Assembly: GCA_043228905.1 (NCBI GenBank)
Contig: JBHGNT010000013.1
Coordinates: 1,240,001 to 1,304,000, forward strand
Length of the DNA stretch: 64,000 bases
Direction: 5' to 3'
From: Azolla caroliniana
Taxonomy: Eukaryota > Plantae > Polypodiophyta
Shown here one piece after another: positions 12,721 to 26,843 of the stretch. The notes beneath the pieces were generated by a model. That model did not search any database and had not been told where the DNA came from. It was given only the letters and a program-made list of their open reading frames with translations. Position 1 is the first letter of the stretch; every line of letters starts with the position of its first letter. Both the position numbers and the translations under genes were made by a program.

Positions 12721-14164
12721 CGGGAAAAAGATTCCGATGGCTAGCACGTCTGTAAAGAAATGATGTAATATTTTACTACAACACCACATTGCATCCATAA
12801 ATCTATGTGATGAGCTAGTGCTTGTTAATACAAACAAATTATGTATATCATATGTCACTATTTATGTATATACAAGTGTATTAAGTCTATTAATATATAT
12901 ATGATATATCCATGCCTTTCTATCTTTCCTATCTTTATGCAGCTTTACAAAACTCTTCCATTTTATACCTGAAAACCAAAGCTACTTTTAAAGAATACCC
13001 AAAAGCTCGTATTTTTTCACGTTTGACTTTACAATAACTTTACAAAGCATACATACTTGCAGGTCTAACAACATGGCAAATATGGAAGCACCACTGCCGC
13101 AGGATCTTCCAAGGGAAGCCCATCTCGCCAACAAAGGTAATCATGGAACTTTAGGATCACCTCATCGTCTTCCTTTGTGGGTCATATGAAGATATTCAAG
13201 GCGAAGCGGACTAAACATCCAAGGCACAAGTAACCTTCATTTTGAAATGGAATGGAATGTCAATGCTGCATTTGCAAGGCCCTTGCAAGGTGACAATATA
13301 CAATGGTGCTATCTCCCGCCGAAATGGCTCTTCCCACCGGGGACTCCCCCCCATGCGACATCCTCCCACTATCCCTGGACAATAGAAGGATCCCTCTAGT
13401 TTAGAGTTAATCGAAGCCACGGAGCTCTATATAAGGCCTGGCCCTTGTACATATGGTACCTCATGTATTTCTTCCTAACTAATGGGTAACATATTTTTTT
13501 GGAAAAAAAAAAACTTTACAAAGCAAGCTTCTCAAAACGAATGGGCATTGCAACAAATTTGGAAGAAAGACATCCACATGATTGCACAATCAATGATGGA
13601 GGGAGGTGGGAACATCACACCGTGGTTTTCCTAAGGAAACACAATTAAAGCCCCAAAAAAGCTATGAATCGAGAAAATCGCCGCAGAGTGTCCATGTTGA
13701 TTTGCTCAAAATTGTCAAAGGGTAGTACACTGATGCAGGTGAGGAAGATTATGTCCATGCATGTTTCGGACGAGAGCTTGTAGATATATGTACATGTGTA
13801 AGGGTTCCGGTCGGGAGATCCGCAACTTTGTCCGGCCAGGGCCCGAAAAGGACGAGTACCCGAGAGAAAACACGAGGGAATTCGTTCACTTCTTTGCCAA
13901 CGTAATTCTCTTCATCTTTTGTGAGCCCTAATTTTGTTTTGTTGTGAACCTTTTCAATATGTACATAAATAAATAATTAATTAATTAAAATAATTTATAA
14001 ATAAATAGAAGAAGACCTCTTTGCTAAATAAGTACATAATAAATCATCTGCGTCACACAAAAAGAAAACAATCATTATTTTTTATGAATTTAATAATAAA
14101 CAATTTCCAGCATGGAAATTGTCGTACTATCATCCATCCGTACAACAGAAGGCCGGAAGGGGCG

Positions 14165-14368
14165 CGTGCTGACGTGGAGCAACCGGCGTAGAGTTAAGAC
14201 AGAATTTGAAAGGCATGTGAGCTGACGTGGAATGGCGTTCAGATTGGCCGGCGTGCTGGTGGTGAGACGTCCGCCACGTGGGCGGAGTATACCAATGATG
14301 TGGTGCCACGTGGACGACATAGACCATGGGAACCCACGTGTCGCGACACAATGGGCGTGACGTGGCTG
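14165..14368. promoter_or_regulatory. Cluster of ACGT elements (G-box/hex/ABRE-like) upstream of the receptor kinase
   Basis: TGACGTGG at 14170, 14223, 14358; CACGTG at 14275, 14307, 14335; GACGTC at 14266; GC-rich island in AT-rich flanks. Confidence 0.55.
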
Positions 14369-14615
14369 AATGGGCCGGGGAGGAGGCACGCGGCTGGCTC
14401 CCCAAAGTTTTTTTTTTTAAAAGTAATTATAATTACAGTTTGTTTCATCAAACTCAAATACGAATTTCGGCCGACCCATTTATTTATTTGTCGAATTCAC
14501 AACCCAGAAAAAAATAAAATAAAAAAAACAAAAACAAATAAATAATAAATAATAATAAACACAAAATAAAGAAAAAGAGATGGAAGTGTCATTGTTATAG
14601 GGCCAGAGGCAATTC

Positions 14616-14685
14616 TAGAGAGAGAATCTCAGAGAGAGAGAGAGACAGAGGCACAGTATTTAGAGTGAGAATTTCCGGGAGATTC

Positions 14686-14721
<36 letters not shown>

Positions 14722-14756
14722 TTCTCTGCTTCTTCTTCTTCTTCATCTTCTTCTTT
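14616..14756. repeat. (GA)n and (CTT)n tracts around presumptive TSS/5' UTR
   Basis: Direct reading; typical of plant core promoters and leaders. Confidence 0.8.
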
Positions 14757-15176
14757 GTCTCTCAAATAAAGCTTCTCTCTTTTGTAAAGCTAAGCAGGCG
14801 GACGTTCTTCAACTCTGCAGAAGGAAGGAAGGAAGCAAGGAAGAAACTCCTCTTTTGAACAGTTTTGATTCTATTCATTTACACTGATCATCTTTTCTAT
14901 GTTCTGCCTGTTTTTTCCATTTATCACAAAAAGAAAGGAAATAAAACATTTGCAAGCTTTTTCTTCATGTGACCAATCAACTAGTCATCAAAATGAGATA
15001 TATATATGTGTACATTCAGCACCATGCCTTACAGAGTGTGTAGATCTCTCTCTCTCTCTCTAAATCAGGAGTGCTTAAGTCTACTCCTTGGTGAGATGAA
15101 TCTGCATAAATCATGCTCATGAATCTGCTATGCAGTCATCCAAATTTGTATTTCCAGTGAATTGTATTGGAATCCA

Positions 15177-17889
15177 ATGGCTAACATGGTGCTAATCTGG
15201 CACATTCCACTGCCACTACTTCTACTATTACCATTATTACTACCCTTCCTACTCTCTGATACAGTCCATCTCTGCGCTTCGGCCCTACACACAGGAGGGA
15301 ATTATGCCCCGGAAATCGAAGCCCTACTCTCGCTCAAATCCTCGCTCCATGATCCCGACCACAACCTCCGAGACTGGCGAGTAACATCATCCCCCGATGC
15401 GTGCTCTTGGAGGGGGGTCATATGCAATGCCTCTTCTTCTTCTTCATCTTCTTCGTCTTCCGTGGTCATCGGCCTCGATCTCTCCAACCTAAACCTGTCG
15501 GGCACCATCTCCGGCTCCATCCAACAGCTCCCGGCCCTCACGAGCCTCAACATATCCAACAACAACTTCGGCGGGGAGCTCCCCGTCTCCTTCACAAACC
15601 TCACCAAACTCCAGTTCCTCGACATTAGCCACAATGACTTCAATGGCACCATCCCTCCCGGCTTCTTCCGGCTCAAGTCCCTCCTCAACTTCACAGCCTA
15701 CAGCAATTCCTTCACCGGGGAGCTCCCCGAAGAATTCGTCCACCTGCCTTCGCTCCGGCACTTTGACTTGAGCGGAAGCTACTTCTCCGGCCCCATTCCT
15801 TCTTCGTATGGAGCTCTCTCTTCGGTCGAGTACCTCGACCTCTCAGGTAACTTGCTGAATGGCACCATTCCTCCTCAATTGGGGAGCTTGCCTTCGGTTC
15901 GGATGCTAAAGCTAGGTTGGAACCAATATAGCGGTGGTATACCCCCGGAGCTCGGCAACCTCTCTTCCACATTAGAGTACCTAGACCTTGCTGGGGCCGA
16001 GCTCTTGGGTCCCATACCCAGCGAGCTCGGAAAGCTTTCTCGGCTTGATACCCTATTCCTCTATAAAAACCGTCTCTCGGATTTCATCCCGCCGGAGCTA
16101 GGTAACATCTCTACACTTATGTCTTTGGACCTCTCCCAGAACATGCTTTCGGGTCCGATCCCGCCCGCCTTCTCGGGCCTAGTCAACCTCACTCTGTTGA
16201 GCTTGATGTATAACAACTTGAGCGGGCCCGTGCCCCGAGCCATTGCTGATTTGCCCTATCTAGCCATCTTCCTCATATGGAACAATTCGCTCTCCGGAAC
16301 ACTCCCTCAAGAGCTCGGGAAATCTTCATCTTTACTATGGTTCGATGCCTCGGCCAACCTATTCTCAGGCCCAGTCCCACCAAACCTATGTGCTGGCGGC
16401 CGGCTATTCAAACTAATGCTTTTCTCTAACTCGTTCACGGGTCCGATACCAGAAAGCCTGGCACAATGCCATTCTCTATGGCGCCTCCGACTGGAAGGGA
16501 ACCAGCTAAACGGAACGATACCTCCGGGTTTCGGTTCCTTGCGGAACTTCACATACCTTGATGTCTCTCACAATCAGATTTCAGGTCCCCTGCCCCAAGA
16601 TCTCTTCTCTTCCTCCCTATTGCAGAATTTGGATGTGTCATTCAACCCTCTCGATTGTGCCTTTCCGGACGCGATATGGGAGATGGAGAGCTTGCAAAAG
16701 CTCTATGCATCTTCGTGCAACTTCTCAGGTAGCATCTCAAAGATCGGCCGATGCCCGCCCCTCATCACGTTGGATCTTTCCGGAAACCGCCTTAATGGGG
16801 GTATATCTTCGGGAATAGGTCATTGCCAGAAGCTCATCCTGCTCAACCTCACGAATAATGAATTGAGCGGACCTATCCCGAATGAGCTCGCTAGCCTGCC
16901 TGTTCTTTCCACGATATACCTCTCCCACAACTCTCTCAACGGAACGATCCCGCAAGACTTCCAAAATGCCACTGCATTAGAGGTGCTCGACATTTCGTAC
17001 AACGATCTTTCAGGTGTGGTGCCTTCATCAGGTCTCTTTAAGATCATCAATCCGAGCATGTTAGCCGGGAACAAAGCCCTATGTGGTGGGGTTCTAGGCC
17101 CTTGTCAAGGGCTAGACAATGGAGTCATAGCACCTCCTTCCCCAGGTACAAACAAGAAACTAAGCCTCGGCCGTATGGCATGGGTTGTCGGATCCATCTT
17201 CGCAATGACCATAGTCATCTTGATGGCGGGATCACGGTGCTTCTATAAGCAGTATAGGTGGTACATATGTAGCAAATTGATCCTCAGGAGGCATGATGGG
17301 GATGAGAATGGATGGAAGCTCACCGCGTTTCAAAGGCTAAGCTTCACCGCGTCCGACATTGTGCAATGCTTGACGACGGACAACATCATTGGAATGGGCG
17401 CGGCCGGGACAGTGTATCGAGCGGACGTGCCGAGCGGGGAGGTTGTAGCCGTGAAGAAGCTATGGAGGAGCCAAAAGGATGTCGAAGTGAAAGAAGAAAA
17501 GATACTCGGAGAAGTGGATGTGCTCGGAAGTGTAAGGCATAGGAACATAGTGAGATTGCTAGGTTATTGCTCAAACAATGAGACAACTCTCCTCTTGTAT
17601 GAGTATATGCCTAATGGGAGCTTGGGTGATTTGCTACATGGGAACAAAGAAGCCAATGTCCTAGCTGATTGGATGACAAGGTATAAGATTGCTATGGGGG
17701 TTGCTCAAGGTCTATGTTACTTGCATCACGACTGTTTCCCGGTCATTGTGCACCGAGATGTGAAATCAAACAACATTCTACTCGACACGAACATGGAGGC
17801 TCGAGTAGCTGACTTTGGAGTTGCTAAGCTTATTGAGGCCCCCGAGTCCATGTCCGTTGTGGCAGGGTCCTATGGTTACATTGCGCCAG
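15177..17889 (+). CDS. PXY: LRR-XI receptor-like kinase, PXY/TDR-like, exon 1 (signal peptide, ~21 LRRs, TM, kinase I-VIII)
   Basis: Intact ORF; N-cap CSWRGVIC; DLSGSYF; WRLR (RxR); WKLTAFQRLSF; GMGAAGTVY; HRDVKSNN; VAGSYGYIAP then GT donor at 17890; alternative ATG at 15186. Confidence 0.9.
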
Positions 17890-18159
17890 GTATAACTTTA
17901 ATCTATGATGCAACAATCTTATGTCTTTAATCTCTCTAGGGAATCATATAGTAGGTCTTAAGTGTGTGTGGAGACCATTGTAGAATCGAGATATGCACTA
18001 CTTATATGTATCTAATGCTAGGTTTGCAAGTTGAGTATACTCAACCTAATCTATGTTAAGTTGATTACCCAATCTTTCTTTTGTTTTTGTGCACACGAGA
18101 GAAAAGCAAGCCTTATTGACGATGGATTGTGATTCTTCTTTCTTGTGTGGTGGTTCCAG
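17890..18159 (+). other. Single GT-AG intron (270 bp) at the conserved LRR-XI position APG|AG TAT
   Basis: CCAG|GTATAA donor; TTCCAG|AGTAT acceptor restores APEYAYT. Confidence 0.9.
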
Positions 18160-18518
18160 AGTATGCATATACAATGCAAGTGGACGAGAAGAGTGACATA
18201 TACAGCTATGGCGTGGTGTTGTTAGAGCTATTGACCGGGAAGAGGCCGATAGAGCCCGAGTTCGGAGAGTCGGTAAACATAGTGGAATGGGTGAAGGAGA
18301 AGGTTCATTCAAGGAGTGAAGAAGAAGGTGTGGGGGAGGTGTTGGATGCCAACATTGGGTCTTCTCTAAGTTGGGTGAGAGAAGAGATGACACTTGTGCT
18401 AAGAGTGGCCCTCCTTTGCACTAGCAAGCCCCCTATCGAACGCCCTAGCATGAGAGATGTGGTCACCATGCTATGTGAAGCTAAGCCTAGGAGGAAACAA
18501 ACACCACCCACCCAATAG
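18160..18518 (+). CDS. PXY: PXY/TDR-like kinase exon 2; spliced CDS 3072 nt, 1023 aa
   Basis: [30 protein letters not shown]...[20 protein letters not shown] at 18516. Confidence 0.9.
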
Positions 18519-21500
18519 TATCTATCACACACAAACTCTCGACTCATCTTTGTAATATCCAATATGTAAGTTGTAACAAACATTTGAGCATCATCTCTTT
18601 TATATACGAGAATGACCCAACTCCGCTCCGCCCATGTTTTTATGCCCAATTCCAAACAGCACTTTCCAGCCCCCCTCTTTTTGATACCGAGTTTTGCTAA
18701 CCCATCTTTGAAGATGTAGTTTTGTAATACCAATGTATTGCTCGTTTAATGCTTCTTCTTGGAACGTGTCCCATCGTGACATATGGCGTACTACGTCCAT
18801 GGCACTAGCATCGGCCGTTTGATGTTTCCTCATCATATATATTCATATGCATTAAACATCTTGAATGGTGTACTATGCCCATGGCACTTCCACATGATGT
18901 TTCCTCTTGCATATGAGGATCTTGAATCATGCCCCATGGTGCTTACCTTTTTTGGTGCTTCCTCCAACCTACACATATCCATTTCTTCTCTTTCACTTCT
19001 TTGCAAGGGCTCTTGATAGAACATGACACGTAGGATGTCCTTATGAATTGTTCCTCATGGATTTTGTCCATCCTTGATGGTTTCATTTTAGGTGTAGGAG
19101 GTGTTTATTTCATTACCTTCGTGTTTTTATGTCTTGTATTGATGATAGTTTGGTCAATTGCATCGAAATGTGGTCTTATATCATAATATTCGTTGATTGT
19201 ATCATATGGATCTCCCCACACTACAATATCTCGTGATGATCTTATATCCTAATGTCCATACATTTTATCCTTTGGGTCTTCATACACATTGGTTTCTAAT
19301 GTATATTTATGGTGCATTTAATGTTCACCCATTTTAAGGTCAAGAAGATGTAATTGCATCTTCTGTTGCTATTTTGGCTCACCAAGATCATGTTTCATTT
19401 GCAAGTTGTATTCTTATGCAACAACAGTGTTATTATACGAAAGTCTTGTTCTTTGTCATGTTGGTCTTTGGGACACTTTATCCTTTGGGTCTTCACATGC
19501 ATCAACCCCTCATTGAAGTATATTAGATGTTAACGTCCACTTGTTTTTTTATTCTCCAAGTGCTCAAATGCATAATTTTGTTGTAGTGGCAACTTGATGT
19601 TTTGGTCATTTCACATGTTTTATACAAAGCTAGATTGTGCTTGGATTCAATTTATACCTTTGTTAGAATGGTTATTGCACGTCTCTTGAATCATTAGTAC
19701 AACCAAGGAAGACTAAGAAATGCACAATAAGGTAGGTAGGCACCCATTCATATATACAAAAGAAACCCTATATCTAGTGTCTCGATCATATGACTATCTA
19801 CATTGTGCTTGGACAAGGCGATCCATATTTGAATGTGCTTATCTCCAGCCTTAATCTCAATACCTTATAAGTATACACATCCACTTAAAAAAGACTCAGT
19901 ACTCTCGCAATTGGAAGTAGGGGAAGTCATCATGTTACCTCAAGAGCCGGATCCTTATGACATGTGGAATCATTTTCAACGTTATCTAAATTCTTTAATT
20001 GTGCACATATGAGAATTTTGTAGCCTTAGTAATTGCTTACAATCTACTATGTGTAGGTGCCGTAACATTTCGGCTACCGTTGTTCCTGTGATGCCTTAAT
20101 ATTGATGTGTAAACACGAGGATTTCTGGTCGTATCAAAGAGCTTCACCATGCACACGTATATTTCTCGTGTACACAAATTTAAAATTTTAGTGATGCATT
20201 TTCCTTTTGTGTTCTCTTCACTCATACACCTTGTAACGATTGAGTGAATTAAATATATATCTCTGCAATTAATGTAGAGACATATAGAACCATTAATGTG
20301 CAATTCATTGAAACTTGAGATTGTATCCCAAGTGTGGTACTTCTTGTACACACTTTCAACTCAAAGGACAACTTCATTGATACATTGTTTAGCACAATAT
20401 TCAGTTTGGAGATGCAATAAAATAATTTGGGTGCTCCACACCAAAGGTAATAAATGCAAATTTCCAAGCTATGATTAAGTTACCGTGGTAAAAAATGTAT
20501 AAACCACCAAGGAAAGTTGTGCATTCCGGCTCATCGCTACAAGTTAAAGAATACAATGGTATTCCATGTTAATATTCGCTTTTATGAAACTAGTAGAAAT
20601 TGAAAGAGGTAAGGTTGAATAACATTTTTTGCAACAGATTTTTCTGATTCCTTGAGGAAACAACCAACCCCCTCGTCGAAGCATCCCTTTATACAAATTA
20701 TGTAATCGGGTTCGGCTAAACTATCTAGGGAGAGTCCTATGAGAAAGAAGCTATGTAGGGGTGTCACAATGTCATGCTTGTCTTTGAAAGGTCATACCTT
20801 TGATGAGAGGTTCCTATTGATCAGCCTAATCGTTGGGAGATTATGTTCCCTCTCAAGTGAAAAAAATAGGGATTTACTACGGTTCCCAATATAATCACCG
20901 AGATGGACTTTAAATGAGGAGATAATAGGAAGTAAATTTGGTTCCAGTATCAATCTTAAAGCATATTTTTCCATTGTAAACTTATTGAAACACCAATCAA
21001 ATTTGTTTGAGCAAAAAGAGGAAAAGAAAATTATGTAAATCCAAAAGCACTTATTAGATCACCAAGTCATGGTCATAAAAGAATTCAAAATTGTAATGAT
21101 TAGAATGATTCGAAAATGTCTAGCTCATTGAATGGATCTTGTTCAAGAAATTCAAGGAAATCAGATGTGCACATGATGTGTTTTAGTATGGATATTTCTA
21201 AGGACATCTCAAAATCTTATTTCATAGTTGGCATAAGGTCTTTAGCATCTCAAAATATACAAGCACAACATGAAAAATATCATCTTCGTTGCGTCCACTT
21301 GGAGTTGTTATACATATCTCAATACTTGAATGTTTATAGTTGTGAGGTTAATGTATCTCAATGTAAATGGAGATGCACTTATGAAAGTTTATGCTTTAAC
21401 AAATCATGCACATTATTTTCCTTAGTTCAGCAATAAGGGAAACCACTTATATTAGTTATTAGGCCTTAGGTTTATGGTTTTGGTAACAAAGGATGCTTAG

Positions 21501-22599
21501 GTAAATGGCAGTAATCCAAATAGTAGTGGACGAAATAATCAATACATTATGAAGAAATAGTATAGGTAGTTAGCATATCATCCTCATAGGTAAAGCTATT
21601 AAACAATTGACCAAAACCAATCTTAGAAGGGTCTAAATGAGGATTAGCATGATTAATTGTTCCTTTCTGCTTAAATATTGCTCTCACATATAATGTAAGG
21701 TAAAAACCTAAATCTAACATATGAGTCATCATATTTTTGACAATGTTATCAAGTGGCTATTTGATCTAGTTTGGGCATAATTCCCAGCTTCTAACACATT
21801 GGGCTTCATTTTTTTGTTTGATGGATGAACAATGATCCTAAGACCCATGTTCAAGCAAGGCTTAGTGACCTCTATCCCTAAATTATTTTCATTTGTTGTT
21901 AGATTCTTCAATGTCAAAATATTAATATTTCTCAAACATTATATTCGTGTTCACATTAGTTTCATTAGTGATCAAATCTTTGACATCGCTACTCCCTCTT
22001 TTGCACCTCATCTCAATTTGCCTCTCTTCCAATAACAAGTATGCAAGTGATGGTCATGACGATGGGTCTTGTCTTTATCATCATCATCGGGATGGTTGCA
22101 TCCACACTAGCATTTGGCCAAGTTTCGATACTGTTGCAATATAATGGGAGTAGCAATGCTTTTGGTGTGATTTACAAAAATATAATGGATCTCGAATACT
22201 CTCGTCTAATCCACCCTTATTAATCACGATCCATCTCATGGAATTTTCTATCCATTTACTCCTTTCATCAATGCCAATGTCTAAGCCGAGAGGGCCCCCG
22301 ATAAGGTTGTTATATTGGACTATAGGATGGCATAAAACACAAAAAATTATTAATCAAAAATAAAAAAGATTTGGTTATAGAAGAAGAGATGTTTGGCATC
22401 AAATAAACTAGATTAAAACACAAAGATTAAAGCTACATTGTTTGCAATTAACTTAATATCTTATAATAAACTAGATTGAAACACAACACCAATATTGGGA
22501 AAATAGTCATATTAAACTAAACCCTTTGCAACTAATTAATGATTATACTACATGTAGCTATTCGACATTCATAATCCATTCCTAGCATAGCACAAGAAA

Positions 22600-24150
22600 C
22601 ACTAGAGTCTAGAATAGTCTTGGCATGTTGGATGATACTCTTGCTTATCATTACAAATATCATGAAGGTTCACCTTGTATTGTTATATGATTTATAGTGT
22701 CTTTGAGAAAGGATTAGAACCATGTTATTCTTCTTACTCAAGTATGACTCGGTGTAATGCAACTAAAATACACAACAAAGGGGAGGCTTGGGAGTTTAAA
22801 CTAAGACCAAAACGTTTCTTGTGGTATCTTGTCATACCGACAAAATTCCCACTAAAGCCATGGATAGGGAGTTTTTATGAAGTTTTGCCATTTCTTTGAA
22901 AACATGGAAAAGAATCCCAATCGAGTCCATGAGCAAAGTTTTTCTATTGTTTAAAAAGCAATACACAATTCCGACCAATTTCACGAACACAATTATTCTT
23001 TTGTATTAAGTGCAAAAACTAGCCACTTCTTCTACTTCCTCCTCAAGCATTGAACACATCACATAGGAAGCATGAATGGGCATGGTAATGCATGGGCTGA
23101 TCTAAGGAGATGGGCCATGAGGGTAGACAAGGAAATGAAATGGGTCAAAATTATATTAACTAAGTGTCTTGGACATTTAGAGCACTAGAGACTAATGACA
23201 CTTATCGAATGAAAACACATCATTCAATTTGGTTCCAAAGTACTTGAAATTCTCACTACCATAGCACAAAACTCATAACTAAATCATCACATCTATCTAT
23301 CTACCTATCCTTAACTACACACACAATAGACAAGAAGGTCATGGTTTTGTTACACACAAAATGGTACAAGATTGAGAGGCAACAAATGTGTTGGAATGAT
23401 GAGAAAATCAGATGTGGTAAAAAACAAAGAAGATGTAGAGTCTAGACATACCCAATTGCATGACTTAATGTTACCTGTTCATGGGAAGTAGGAGAAAAAT
23501 TAGCTTCCATGGATGTGACTTCTTTACACTTGTTCTTTCTTAGCATCTCCTTGGCCCTAGATCAAGCAAGAATTTATATACGCCATAAAAACTTGAGGCG
23601 GATTGAATGCTTGTAATTAATAGGTCTCTTTATGAGAGAGAGAGAGAGAGAGTCCCATTTTTTTCTAGCCTATGTCGTGGGTTCGACGCTTGCTAGCTCA
23701 TATTTTTGGCCTAAGTGAAAAGTATGAAAGGGTTGAACGCGCATGACCATTATGTGTATGCTTGATGACCATGTAGATAGTCTCTACTAGATGACCTTGA
23801 TGTCTCCGCCCAATGACCTTACCAACTTATTAGCTATACTAGTTTGGGCACTCTCCCTCAAATGATAATGTAGTAAATCCGCATGTTTTCTTGCATCCCA
23901 TCTTGTTCTCCCCCCATGAATCCTTCATCTCTAACCATTTACTTCGTGCCTTTCACCCATGACATTGAGAAAACTTATCCTTACTACAATGACTCTTATT
24001 GGCATCGTACACACACACACTCACTAAACATGTTTTAATCCTATCATTGGTCTTGTATTTTTGAAGACCAATGCATACAAGAAGGTGGAAGACACACAAC
24101 TTTATATCTCCATGAACCACCTTTTTGTGACTAGGGTTAGATATGTTGGG
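22600..24150 (-). pseudogene. Very old L1-type LINE RT relic
   Basis: Colinear decayed motifs on minus strand: KARSKWLE (~23940), LDWD..LFHVFKEM (~22910), QASPLLCILVA (~22770), IQHAKTIL (~22620). Confidence 0.4.
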
Positions 24151-26389
24151 AAGAAAATTCTTTTGCGTAGAATTTATAACATCTTTTGTCTTGATTAATT
24201 ATCACATGAAGAGGATATGGTAAACAAGGATGAGACTAAAAACAATTGTTGATACTATTATGCATGAAATTCCATGGTCAATGAAGATAAAATTCTCTTA
24301 AGAAATTGGGCAAAGGGATTCACTAAATTCGTGTGAATTGGGTCCTATGCTATAGGCAACAAGATAGACATGCTATAGGCAACTAGATAGACATGACAGA
24401 CAGACACAACACAACACATGCCAAAATACAATTGGCTGTAGAAATAATGGGGATACAAACCGCCATCTCAGGGTTTGATCTTGGGCGTACAAGATATCAA
24501 TGTATTCGAATGATTTTAGTTCTTTATATTTACAGTATGCTCAAATTGTCAACATAGAAAGTGTCGACTCTCAGTAATAACATGATGTACTTCATTTTCT
24601 TGAATATAAATTCCCTAGAATATTAATGTGATTCATATGTTATGCGATGATTATTATTGTGGACACAATGTAGCAATTTGGTTAATTGACTAGTTTGAGA
24701 TATCGAGGACATGTGCAATATTATGGTACCTTGAAGGCTATACAATGTCTTTTCTATCAAACTCTAAGCTCCAACGTATGGAGACAAATGACAATGTTGT
24801 CGATTTCGTGTGGGGGATAATGATGCCTAATTATATACAAGATATATGTGTGTTTATTAAAGTAGAAGAGGCTAGTTATTTACATCAGGACCCTTATTTA
24901 AGAAAAAAGGTATGGTCTAAGAAATATGATTATTGCACTTGAATTTGGATAAAGGAAAATGGTGATTCTCTAGATCTATATGTTGTAATCGTAAAATGAA
25001 CTTATGGTTTGACGACTAATTTGAAAGGGCATAAAAAATAACTCTAAAAGCTTGAACTTTTGGCCATTTTGAGTTTATATAGAACCTTTATGACTTCCTT
25101 CTAAACAAAACTCTTGGTCAAATATAAATTCAACCAATGTGAAATCTCATTCCACTCTAGTAATAATCTTCCCATGACCTCATTAGAAAAAACCTCCTTT
25201 TATGTTTCAAGATTGTTGAATGCATCTAATATGCATTAATGATATACAAGCCCATGAAACATCCATCTTTAGAGATGGTTGGCTGAAAAAGAGAGACAAT
25301 GTTCGCATTTGTAATTCAATTTGAATCTTATACACCATGAATGCCACAAGGATTTTAACATGCCCCATCAGAAAGCAACAATGAAATTATAACGAAACAA
25401 TGGAAGCGTCAGATGGGGGTTAAGTGTCAAATTATAGCCATGTGAAGATGGGAACAACTAAGGGGTGCCACATTGCCATAGTATGCTAGTCAAGTGGATC
25501 TAGGAAATCCCATGCATGGATAACGGATACATATAGGATGATAGGGTGCAAATCAATGCCAATATTTAGTCTCAAATATGTATAACATTAGGTAGGTTAT
25601 CGTAACATATTCAAATATTTAAAAGTCCTGAATCCAATCAATATGTGTCACCGATTTTGAGGTTTTGTCTCATCATTATTGGACATATAGTCATTATCTC
25701 CCAATGCACTAGAGATCCTCTTATGATGCACAAGTGTTTTGGCTTTTAGTATACCTTTTTGAGGTGCTTCACTTTTCATTAGTAACAACTTACAAGTATC
25801 TCTCTTTTTCAAAGGGAGGTGAATAAGTGTACATTTATCTTCCATGCCGTTCTATTTCATATCAATATAGTACAATCATTTCTTGAAATACTTATGCCTC
25901 ATTGATTGTAAAAATCTTTTCTACACTAAAGGTAAAAGATTTAATCCTTTATTTCACTCTCTCTATTTATGTGAGTGTTTCCAATCATGCTACGCTTAAA
26001 TTTTTTATGAGTTTCTTATTGATATAGAAGTGCTCTCCTAAAATTTTCCTATTTTATGTCTGTATATCATGCCCATAGGCTTTCATATATCCTAGGTTGA
26101 ATGCTACGTACAACATACAAATTATTTCATTACTTCATGCCCTAGCCCTTTTCGATTTCGGTTTAAATCTTATGTCATGACACAATGTTTTGCTTCATTT
26201 TATAGTGTCTTTGTTGTCTAGATTTATTTACTTTGTCTTTGAAACTCTTGTACATATGTGGCATGAGGGGTTGGGTTACCAAGAATATAATGCATAGAGT
26301 TGCTATAATTTGGTTTAGGTTATTGGTGGAGTTAGACATGATGAGACTTAGGAAGGTCGAAGGTGAACAACTTGTCATAGATAATTAGG

Positions 26390-26532
26390 AATGATATCTT
26401 GACTCTTGCAACGATAAAGAATGCAACGAAATGCGATACGTAATGTGAATTGCAGAATTCCGCGAATCACCGAGACTTTGAACACAACTTGTGCCTGAGG
26501 CTTGTCCAAGGGCACGTCTGCCTGAGCGTCCT
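26390..26532 (+). rRNA. 5.8S rRNA pseudogene (slightly 5'-truncated)
   Basis: GATATCTT..CGAAATGCGATAC..TGTGAATTGCAGAATTCCGCGAATCA..GGGCACGTCTGCCTG; many transitions. Confidence 0.92.
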
Positions 26533-26843
26533 CACGACCCCCACACCACTCCCCCACCATTCGGTGTGATGGAGTGGCGGAGATGGTTGTCTGTTGGAGC
26601 CCTTCTCGCACACGCTGTGAGTATTTGGCACTAGCGGTCGACTGAACTGCATCGGTTGCTCCCTGTGGCGATGCGTCGCAAGGGTGGTTTGCTTCCTCAG
26701 CCTGCAAGGGCTTTGAGATAGCAACTATTGCGTTGTGTTTCCCGTTTAAGGATGCTCTTATCGAGTCAAGCTAATCGTTCCAGGCATTACGTCTATTTGC
26801 TTCGTGCACTTCGGCCCGATGCCTAGACCGAAACTATCAAACG
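26533..26843 (+). other. ITS2
   Basis: GC-rich spacer between the 5.8S end and the 26S start GACCTCAGATCAGG. Confidence 0.85.

Noticed and set aside
13040-13460. GC-richer block with TATATAAG, possible LTR fragment or promoter
   Set aside because: No termini, TSD, PBS or second copy in the window.
15162-17930. 922-aa single-exon ORF from the track as the real protein
   Set aside because: It starts at TTG and reads into the intron. Splicing at 17889/18160 restores kinase subdomains VIII-XI.
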